DNA of 64,000 nucleotides, taken from Longimicrobiales bacterium. GTDB taxonomy: Bacteria; Gemmatimonadota; Gemmatimonadetes; Longimicrobiales; Gaopeijiaceae. Positions 18,842 to 26,543 of this stretch are shown in pieces. The DNA lies in contig OY282361.1 in assembly GCA_958295645.1 (NCBI GenBank), positions 516,927 to 580,926 of the forward strand, read 5' to 3'. Each line of letters begins with the position of its first letter. The first letter of the stretch is position 1. The translations under genes and the position numbers were made by a program. The notes under the pieces are model-generated. The model searched no databases and was not told the origin of the DNA. It saw only the letters and a program-made list of their open reading frames with translations.

Positions 18842-18905
18842 AGGGGAAGATTCGGCGAAGTTTTAGGGGAAGATTCGGCGAACAATCAGGGGAAGATTCG
18901 GCGAA
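18842..18905. repeat. Three direct copies of an 18-bp motif AGGGGAAGATTCGGCGAA at a 23-bp period (iteron-like array)
   Basis: Copies at 18842-18859, 18865-18882 and 18888-18905 with 5-nt spacers. The array lies 56 bp upstream of the minus-strand ATPase start and downstream of the unknown-function gene. Confidence 0.9.
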
Positions 18906-19057
18906 GTATGGTCGTTCTGCCTCGAAACGGCTTTGACGACCAGCCCGCCTCCGGCGCATTCTGGTGCTTCGCAAGCCGTCTGGGCGCCGTCATTCCGTGC
19001 CTGGCGGGTCGTCGCCACGCCCAAGGAGCTTTCTGATAGCCTGCTTGGCCGACCGCA

Positions 19058-20206
19058 TCAATCGCTTTCGTCTGGGGGATCGGACCGGCCGATCTTCTTG
19101 AGGCGCTCTTCCACTTCCTCGGCGGCCGCTGAAGTCAGCGTTGCTATGCGGGATGCAAGATCTCTCAACACTCCCGTGTCGTCGGCCTTCTTCGCAAGGA
19201 GGGTGACAGTCATCCCGGCGAGGATGCTCGCGACCAGCGCGACCGATGCGGGACCGCCGGCTACCGCGACCAGGGGCACCACGGCCATCGGCGCTGCGGT
19301 TCCCACCGCGCCTTCTATCAACTCCTTCACGCAACCCTCGTAGTCTCCGGTCTTGCGGCCCTCCGTGAACGCCTTTGCCAGGGCTGCGAAGGCCACGACT
19401 CCGACGATTGGATTGCGCTTGACGACCGCGACTAGCCCAGTGTTTGCGAAGATGCGCGCGAAGTGCTTGACTTCGCCTCTATTCCAGCGGAAGAGGAGAG
19501 CCGCGCTGCCAAGCAGGCTGGACGCGATGTCGGCCGCGTCGTAGGTGACCAGATCCGCAAACCACTTCTTGGGCATGCCGAACTTCGCCTTGAGCGAGTT
19601 GGCGACTCTGTGGTACGCATCTTCGTTCCAGGTGAGGAAAGGCAGGCCGGCAGAGGTGGTGACGTCTCGGAAGAGAGAGGACGATATTCCCTTGGCTCGG
19701 GTTACGATACCGTCGTCGATGCCAGCGTTTCTTGCGGCTTTGAACGCGCCCCAGGGCGTATGGCTCCCGTCGAATATTCGATGCAGACCGCCGCCGATCC
19801 CGGTCTTCAGAAACTCGGCGTCCATCGCCTTGTCGTAGATCGTCGGAGCGCCCTTGACCAACTGCCCCAGCATGTCGTTCAAGTTGGTCGCCAGCTGAGT
19901 GGCCAGGACCCCTTGACCCATGTCGTGGAGCCACTTGACCGCCCTTGACGCGGCCCGGGCGGTGCGGCGGCGTAGTGGTGCAGCGCTGTCGTAGGCCCAC
20001 GCCAAGGCATCTCCCGCCGTGGACGCGGCCCCATGCACTCGCCCGGCGACTAGCACCAGGACCTTCGACCAGCATCCCGGAGGCAGCTTGTCCGGCCGCC
20101 GACGCTCGTCGAGATCGGCTTCGACCCATTCCCTGATTGTCGTTGCCGCCGGATCGGACTTGCGAGTCAGTGTTTCCGGCGAATGCTCTCCGCGGTTCCT
20201 CGGCAT
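19058..20206 (-). CDS. Hypothetical protein of unknown function (paralog copy 1), with a C-terminal Gly/Ala-rich hydrophobic segment
   Basis: 382-aa ORF. Residues ~60-382 are ~80-90% identical at the DNA level to the C-terminal half of the 21302..23323 gene. No recognised domain. Confidence 0.6.
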   Translation of the reverse strand: MPRNRGEHSPETLTRKSDPAATTIREWVEADLDERRRPDKLPPGCWSKVLVLVAGRVHGAASTAGDALAWAYDSAAPLRRRTARAASRAVKWLHDMGQGVLATQLATNLNDMLGQLVKGAPTIYDKAMDAEFLKTGIGGGLHRIFDGSHTPWGAFKAARNAGIDDGIVTRAKGISSSLFRDVTTSAGLPFLTWNEDAYHRVANSLKAKFGMPKKWFADLVTYDAADIASSLLGSAALLFRWNRGEVKHFARIFANTGLVAVVKRNPIVGVVAFAALAKAFTEGRKTGDYEGCVKELIEGAVGTAAPMAVVPLVAVAGGPASVALVASILAGMTVTLLAKKADDTGVLRDLASRIATLTSAAAEEVEERLKKIGRSDPPDESD

Positions 20207-20251
20207 CGTGGACTTCTCCTCTCGCGACTACGGTGAGCGTGGCGGGCGCTC

Positions 20252-21094
20252 GAACCTATCTCAAAAACCGAGATGCTTGAAGAAGATGCAGATCGCCGAC
20301 AGCTGCACGAAGGCCAGAAAGTTCTCCGGATGATGCTCCCAGCGGATCAGAAGCCTGCGCTTCCACTGCATCCAGCCGAAGAACCGCTCCACGATCCACC
20401 GCCGCTTCGCCCGGCGCAGACGGCGACCGTCCTGCGTGCGCCGTCTCCGGTTGCGACGGTGCGGCGCGATCATCTCCACCCCCCGCTCCCGCAGTGCCGC
20501 GTCCAGAGCGTCGCTGTCGTACGCCTTGTCTCCGATCAGGTTCGCCGGCGCCTCCTGCGCGAAACGCCAAGTCCAACGACAACTGCACCAGCTTCGATTC
20601 GTGCGGGTTGGCCGGATGCGTGCTCAACGACAGCGGAAGCCCGCAACGGTCCACGATCGCCATGATCTTCACGCCCTTGCCCGCCTTCGCGACTCCCACG
20701 TCCGCACCCCCGCCCTTTGCCCGCGCGAACGACGCGTCCACGTACGCCTCCGTTCCGTCGAAGAGGCCCCGCTGCTTCGCTTCCCCCGCCAAGTCCTCCA
20801 GCACTCGCTCGAGCACACCCGCCCGGACCCACGCTTGAAACCGCCGGTGCACCGTCTTGTAGTTCGGGCAGCACTGCGGCAGAAACCGCCACTGCGCCCC
20901 CGTGTGCAGAATCCACAGCACCGCTTCCAGCACACGCCGAGTCGGCGCCGGCGGCCGTCCCCGCCTCCCCTTCGGCCTCGCCTCCTCGGGAAAGTGGCAA
21001 CGCACACGCTCCCACTGCCTGTCGCTCAAAAGCACTTCCTTCATGCTTGAACATACCCCATCTCGTCGACCCCCGCAACCTTCTCATGTTTTTG
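20252..21094. mobile_element. IS5-family insertion sequence (about 843 bp) with imperfect ~18-bp terminal inverted repeats
   Basis: IRL GAACCTATCTCAAAAAC (20252-20268). IRR GTTTTTGAGATAAGTTC (21078-21094), which is the reverse complement with one mismatch. Possible 2-bp target duplication TC. It encodes an IS5-type DDE transposase. Confidence 0.65.
20261..21044 (-). pseudogene. IS5-family DDE transposase, reading frame broken by a +1 shift
   Basis: N-terminal MKEVLLSDRQWERVRCHF...AIVDRCGLPLSLSTHPANPHESKLVQ in one frame. The continuation ...FAQEAPANLIGDKAYDSDALDAALRERGVEMIAPHRRNRRRR...IVERFFGWMQWKRRLLIRWEHHPENFLAFVQLSAICIFF is in the +1 frame. The frames switch near 20560-20585 with no slippery heptamer. 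Confidence 0.7.
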
Positions 21095-21209
21095 AGATAA
21101 GTTCTCACACTTGTTGCTAGTCTTCGTCAGTTTCGCGACGTTCGCAAGTGTGGCTGCGCCGTCCTCGGATCGTTCTGGTTCTGTTCCGGCAAGACGTCCG
21201 CGGGGCGAC

Positions 21210-21250
21210 AGGGGAAGATTTGGCGAAACTTTAGGGGAAGATTCGGCGAA
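21210..21250. repeat. Two direct copies of the same 18-bp motif (AGGGGAAGATTTGGCGAA / AGGGGAAGATTCGGCGAA) at a 23-bp period
   Basis: Copies at 21210-21227 and 21233-21250. They are the homologous counterpart of the 18842-18905 array, inside the duplicated segment. Confidence 0.9.
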
Positions 21251-21301
21251 ACTCTCGGCCCTCCGGCACACTCTGGCGCTCCGCAAGCCGTCTGGGCGCC
21301 G

Positions 21302-23323
21302 TCATTCCGTGCCTGGCGGGTCGTCGCCACGCCCAAGGAGCTTTCTAGTCGCCTGGCCTGGCGGGTCGTTGCCACGCCCAAGGAGCTTTCTAATCGCCGG
21401 CTTGGCCGACCGGATCAATCGCTTTCGTCCGGGGGGCCGGCCGATCTTCTTGAGGTGCTCTTCCGCTTCCTCGGCGGCCGCTGAAGTCAGCGTTGCTATG
21501 CGGGATGCAAGATCACTCAACACTCCCGTGTCGTCGGCCTTTTTCGCGAGCACGGTGACAGTTATCCCGGCGAGGATGCTCGCGGCCAGCGCGACCGATG
21601 CGGGGCCGCCCGCCGCCACGACCAGGGGCACCACGATCATCGGCACTGCGGTCCCCGCCGCGCCTTCTGCCAACTCCTTCACGCAACCCTCGTAGTCTCC
21701 GGTCTTGCGACCCTCCGTGAACGCCTTCGCCAAGGCGGTGAAGGCCACAACTCCAACGATTGGATTGCGCTTGAGGATCGCGACTAGCCCAGTGCTTGCG
21801 AAGATGCGCGCGAAGTGCCTGACTTCGCCGTCATTCCAGCGGAAGAGGAGTGCCGCGCTGCCAAGCAGTCCGGACACGATGTCGGCCGCGTCGTAGGTGA
21901 CCAGATCCTCGAACCACTTCTTGGGCATGCCGAACGTCGCCTTGAGCCAGTCGGCGATCTTGTGGTAGGCATCTTCGTTCCAGGTGAAGAAAGGCAGGCC
22001 GGCAGTGGTGGTGACGTCTCGGAAGAGCGAGAACGTTATTTCCTTGGCTCGAGTTATGATGCTGTCGTCGATGCCAGCGTTTCTTGCGGCTTTGAACGCG
22101 CCCCAGGGCGTATGACCTCCATCGAATACTCGGTGCAGGCGGCCGCCGATCCAGGTCCTCAGAAACTCGGCGTCCATCGCCTTGTCGTAGATCGTCGGGG
22201 CACCCTTGACCAACTGCGCCAGCATGTCGTTCAGGTTGGTCGCCAGCAGAGTGGTCAGGGCTCCTTGACCCATATCGTGGAGCCAGTTGACTGCCGTTGA
22301 CGCAGCTCGGGCCGTACGTCGGCGCAGAGGTGCTACCCACGCCAAGGCATCCTCCGCCGTGGGCGCAGCCATCGCCCGCTGACGCAGGAGCGCCAGCACC
22401 AAGTCGATCGTAGGCGTAGGCGTGCCCACCAGCCCCGCCATTTCTTGCACGGCGGCGCCCATGGCGTCGATCTCCAACGGACGCCCAGCCTGCAAGTCCT
22501 GCAGCATTGACGTTCGGTGTGCGCCGACCTTGCCGGTTCCGTCTATCCGCTTCTCCAGGCTGATGCGAAACCGGACGCCCAGGGCTTCGCCGACCTGTTG
22601 GGCCTCGGCCATCATCGACTTGGCCACGGTGCGTGTGCCGAGCTCGCTCGCAATCCGGTCCAGCGTGGCCAACGTCAGTGCGCTGATGGGGTTGAAGGCA
22701 ACATTGCCCCAGAGCTTGACCCAGATCTCGTCGCGAATCGGACGCACCCGGGCGCGGAAGCCGGCTTCGGCCAAGATGTGGCGAAGCGTCTCGACCCGTT
22801 TTGTGCTTTCGCCCGAGGGCTCGCCCAGCGTCAACCGGTCCTCGGACAGATGGCGGATCACGCCGGGCGCCACGATCTCCGTGGCCGGGTAGACGACGCA
22901 CCCGATGGCCCGCTCGGGGCCGATCCCGTCCCACTGCTTCCCGCCGGGATCGACGCTATCGAGGCGGTGGCCGTCGAAGTCGCCGCCCGAGCGGTAGAAG
23001 TACCACCAGGGCACGCCGTTTTGTGCAGTGACGACCGCTGTGTTCGGACCGAGCAGAGGCTGCATCGCGTCGACCGCGCCCGGGGTGGCGTGCGCCTTCA
23101 GCGTCACGATCACGTAGTCTTGGGGGCCGGCCTCCGCTGGATCGTCGGTGGAGAAGGGCCGCGCGTTCAGTTCTCCTTTGTCGGTGATCACCGTCACGCC
23201 GTCCTGCCGCATCGCCTCCAAGTGCGGCCCGCGGGCGATCAGCGTCGTTTCCACGCCGACTTGCGCCAACCGCAGGCCCAGGTACCCGCCCGTGGCGCCC
23301 GCGCCGAAGACCGCGACCTTCAC
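21302..23323 (-). CDS. panE: Fusion protein: N-terminal 2-dehydropantoate 2-reductase (PanE/ApbA) + C-terminal paralog copy 2 of the unknown-function protein
   Basis: N-terminus MKVAVFGAGATGGYLGLRLAQVG... is ketopantoate-reductase-like for about 320 aa. It continues in frame with no stop, through an internal Met (MAAPTAEDALAW...), into a ~330-aa region homologous to 19058..20206. GTG start overlaps the stop of the upstream acyl-CoA synthetase. Confidence 0.65.
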   Translation of the reverse strand: MKVAVFGAGATGGYLGLRLAQVGVETTLIARGPHLEAMRQDGVTVITDKGELNARPFSTDDPAEAGPQDYVIVTLKAHATPGAVDAMQPLLGPNTAVVTAQNGVPWWYFYRSGGDFDGHRLDSVDPGGKQWDGIGPERAIGCVVYPATEIVAPGVIRHLSEDRLTLGEPSGESTKRVETLRHILAEAGFRARVRPIRDEIWVKLWGNVAFNPISALTLATLDRIASELGTRTVAKSMMAEAQQVGEALGVRFRISLEKRIDGTGKVGAHRTSMLQDLQAGRPLEIDAMGAAVQEMAGLVGTPTPTIDLVLALLRQRAMAAPTAEDALAWVAPLRRRTARAASTAVNWLHDMGQGALTTLLATNLNDMLAQLVKGAPTIYDKAMDAEFLRTWIGGRLHRVFDGGHTPWGAFKAARNAGIDDSIITRAKEITFSLFRDVTTTAGLPFFTWNEDAYHKIADWLKATFGMPKKWFEDLVTYDAADIVSGLLGSAALLFRWNDGEVRHFARIFASTGLVAILKRNPIVGVVAFTALAKAFTEGRKTGDYEGCVKELAEGAAGTAVPMIVVPLVVAAGGPASVALAASILAGITVTVLAKKADDTGVLSDLASRIATLTSAAAEEAEEHLKKIGRPPGRKRLIRSAKPAIRKLLGRGNDPPGQATRKLLGRGDDPPGTE
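21312..21401 (-). repeat. 45-bp in-frame tandem duplication at the 3' end of paralog copy 2 (encodes the repeated RKLLGRGxDPPG)
   Basis: Units at 21312-21356 and 21357-21401 (cctggcgggtcgtcgccacgcccaaggagctttctagtcgcctgg / cctggcgggtcgttgccacgcccaaggagctttctaatcgccggc). Present once in copy 1 at about 19010-19055. Confidence 0.8.
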
Positions 23324-25007
23324 GTCGGCCTGGGACGGGCCGGGGACTCCGCTCGCGCCCCGGACTTTGCCCGGTGCTCACCATCCGCTGTTCCACTCGT
23401 GTCCTTCGTCGCGCCGAGTCCAAGCCGCTCGGCCAACCCGATCCGCTGCACTTTGCCCGTGGGCCCCGTGGGGATTGCGTCCATGATCACAATCTCGCGC
23501 GGCACCTTGAATGCGGCAAGGCGCTCGGACGCGAAAGCGCGGATGCCGTCCGGTGCGGCCGATTCGCGGTCCGCGTCGGTTTCCTCCTTCGGCGCACGTA
23601 AGGCCCCCTCCCGCAGCACCACTGCGGCCGCCACCTCCTCGCCCAGCTTCGGATGCGGGATGGCGAAGGTCACCGCCTGTCGCACGCCGGCATGTTGCAT
23701 GAGGACTTCGTCCACTTCGCGCGGCGACACTTTCTCGCCGCCCCGGTTGATGATCTCCTTCAAGCGCCCGGTGACGGCGAAGCAGCCGTCTTCGTCGCGA
23801 AAGCCTTGGTCGCCGGTGCGAAACCAGCCGTTGGTGAACGCGGCCTCGTTGGCGGCTGGGTTGTTCTCGTATCCAGGCGTCACGTTGGGGCCGCGAACGA
23901 CGATCTCGCCCGTCTCGCCGGGCGGCAGATGGACGCCGTCCTCGTCCATGACCGACATTTCGGGTCCCGCCGCCGGACCCACCGTGCCCAGCTTGCGACG
24001 CGCCGGGAGCAAGGGACTGCAAGTCATCTGATGGGCGGCCTCGGTCATGCCGTACGATTCCAGGACGGGTGCGCCGAAGGTCTCTTCCAGCTCGCGGGCA
24101 ACGCGAGTCGGCAGAGCCGCCGAAGAGGAGCGAACGAAGCGTAGCCGCGCACGCGCCACGGCCTCCGGGTTCCGCGCGGCGCGGGCCAAGACGGCTTGAT
24201 GCATGGCCGGGACGGCGGAATACCACGTTGGGACGCAGTCGTCCATCCAGCCGAAGAACTTGAGAGCGTCGAACCCCGGCGCGCAGTAGACGCAGGCCCC
24301 CGCCGCCAGCGACCCCAAGACGCAGGCCGCCAGCCCGTGGATGTGGAACAGCGGCATGACGTTCAGGCAACGGTCGCCGGGAACCAGCGACAACGCCTCC
24401 CGAATATGCAGCGCGGAGGCGCACAGGTTCCGGTGAAGCAGGGGAACGACCTTGGGGCGGGATGTGGTGCCCGACGTGTGGAGAACCAAGGCGGTGTCGT
24501 TGGGCCTGGCCGGGTCGCTGGGCCGGGCCATCCCGTCCGACCCGGCCTCGCCCGCCCGCTTGCCCCTGTCGCAACCCGCCGCCCCCACGATGCGAAACGT
24601 CCCGGTGGGATCGCCCTCCTGCACGCGGATCTCCAGCACGGCCACGTCCAGAGCGGCAGCCGCCGACCGTGCCCGGGAATCGCAGCCCTCCGTCAACATC
24701 AGCGCCTTGATCCCCAGGTCCGACAAGTAGAAGGCGAACTCGCGCTCCGTGTACGCGGGATTCAGCGGCGCCGCCACGGCCCCGGTAGCGACCGACACGA
24801 AAGCCGCCGCCGCCTCGGGTCCGCCGGGCAGGACGATGGCCACCCGGTCGCCTCGTCCCACGCCCCGGTCGCGCAACCCTCCGATCGTCCGCACCGCGTG
24901 CTTGCGCAGACAGTCGTAGGTCGCGCTGCGGCGTCCGGGGGCCGCAAGCGCAAAGTCGTTGGGCGCACCGGCCAGGAGCAGGTCGAAGACGGTGGAGGGG
25001 GCGGTCA
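23320..25007 (-). CDS. AMP-dependent synthetase/ligase (acyl-CoA synthetase family)
   Basis: AMP-binding motif LHTSGTTSRPKVV, followed by GYGMTE- and TGD-type motifs. The start was taken at MTAPSTVFDLL (ATG 25007); an upstream ATG at 25059 is an alternative. Confidence 0.8.
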
Positions 25008-25230
25008 TGCCGATGAGAATCGCATCACGACCGTCCTGCCCCAAGCCCGCCGCCGACATACGCCGTGCGCCGCAAGGGTCGCAAGAGACTGGAGCAGACT
25101 CACGTTCGACGGATGCCCGAGCGCCTGGGACGCCGGCGGGGAGACCGCCCGGTAGCGCGGGTTTGCGGCTTCTCGCCTTGCCAATCATCTTCGACACTGC
25201 AATGACGGCGGCCGCGCAAGAGATCGATTC

Positions 25231-26481
25231 ATGGGGAAAATCGAAGGAATCAGGGTCAAGAACTACCGAGTCCTCAAGAACGTCGTATTCGGCAAGTTGT
25301 GGAACACGCAGAAAGTCGCACCGCTGACTCCGCTGACCGCGGTCATTGGCAAGAACGGAGTCGGCAAGAGTTCTCTTTTCGACGCCTTTGGTTTCTTGGC
25401 CGACTGCCTGAAGTTGGGCGTCGAGGAGGCCTGCGACGCTCGTGGCCGTGGCGGCTTCCAGCGCATCCGGTCCCAAGGGAGTAAGGAGCCGATCGAATTC
25501 GAGATTTGTTATCGACAAGATTCGAGAACTCGGCCTATCACGTACGAACTCGCCATCGACAGCGACAACTCCCGTCGCCCCTATGTGTCAAGCGAGCGTC
25601 TCAGGCAACGGCGCAGGGGTCAGCGCTACGGTCGGCCCTTCTCGTTCTTGATCATGGAAGACGGGAAGGGCGTTGCCTGGAAGGGAGATGCCCACGCGCC
25701 GGTAGAAGCGTCCGGCTCCGAGTTGGACAAGTTGCGGGAGATTGGGTCAGAGGAGAGCGCGGACAGGGAAGAGGTAGAACTCGAAGACAAGCGCAGGTTG
25801 GGCATCGCGACGCTTGGCGCGCTGAAGCAGCATCCCCGCATGTCGTCGTTTCGCAATTTTGTGGAGGGTTGGTACCTGAGCTATTTTGCCCCGAACACTG
25901 CCCGTGGCTTGCCGTTGGCCGGGCCGCAAAGGCACTTGAGCGTCCATGGCGACAATCTAGGCAATGTAGTTCAGTTCATGGAACGCCGGCACCCGCGACG
26001 ATTCAAGGGCATCTTGCAACGGATTTCCGAGAGAGTACCCGGAATCCACAATATTGATACTGATCGAAGCCCTGATGGGCGACTGTTGCTCCGGTTTAAC
26101 GACAAGGGGTTCCAAGATCCGTTCTATGCACAGCAGGTGTCCGACGGCACGTTGAAGTTGTTTGCCTACTTGCTCTTGCTGGAAGACCCTTCGCCACCGC
26201 CGTTTATTTGCGTCGAAGAACCGGAAAACGGACTGTATCACAAGTTGCTGGAAACTCTTGCTCGCGAGATGCGCGATCATGCGCCGAAGACGCAAGTTCT
26301 TGTCACGACGCACCAGCCTTACTTTGTTGACGCGCTCAGCCCAAACGAGACGTGGATACTCGAGAAAGGAGCCGATGGGTTCGCCGCGATTCGGCGGGCG
26401 AGCGACGACCCCATAGTCGAATCGATGGTGAACGAGGGTCTGCCGCTCGGTAGCCTCTGGTACGGCGATTATCTGGATTGA
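25231..26481 (+). CDS. AAA_21/AAA_15-type (SMC/ABC-like) ATPase, orphan
   Basis: N-terminus IEGIRVKNYRVLKNV...LTAVIGKNGVGKSSLFDA (Walker A). Q-loop/signature-like QQVSDGTLKLFAYLLLL. Walker B FICVEEPENGLYH. TTHQPYFV near the C-terminus. The codon GC (~50-55%) is well below the flanking ~70%. Confidence 0.75.
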   Translation: MGKIEGIRVKNYRVLKNVVFGKLWNTQKVAPLTPLTAVIGKNGVGKSSLFDAFGFLADCLKLGVEEACDARGRGGFQRIRSQGSKEPIEFEICYRQDSRTRPITYELAIDSDNSRRPYVSSERLRQRRRGQRYGRPFSFLIMEDGKGVAWKGDAHAPVEASGSELDKLREIGSEESADREEVELEDKRRLGIATLGALKQHPRMSSFRNFVEGWYLSYFAPNTARGLPLAGPQRHLSVHGDNLGNVVQFMERRHPRRFKGILQRISERVPGIHNIDTDRSPDGRLLLRFNDKGFQDPFYAQQVSDGTLKLFAYLLLLEDPSPPPFICVEEPENGLYHKLLETLAREMRDHAPKTQVLVTTHQPYFVDALSPNETWILEKGADGFAAIRRASDDPIVESMVNEGLPLGSLWYGDYLD

Positions 26482-26543
26482 GATCGCGACGGCGTGCGAG
26501 ACTTGGCGAGAGGCTGACTTGGCCGGACAACGACTCGCCGCCG

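Noticed and set aside
18842-18905. Repeat arrays considered as a CRISPR array.
   Set aside because: The units are 18 bp with 5-bp spacers and only 2-3 copies. No cas genes are nearby. The spacing fits protein-binding direct repeats, not CRISPR.
20480-20600. Programmed ribosomal frameshift in the IS5 transposase.
   Set aside because: The frame change needed is +1 and no slippery heptamer or conserved frameshift window is visible. A mutation or sequencing error is more parsimonious.
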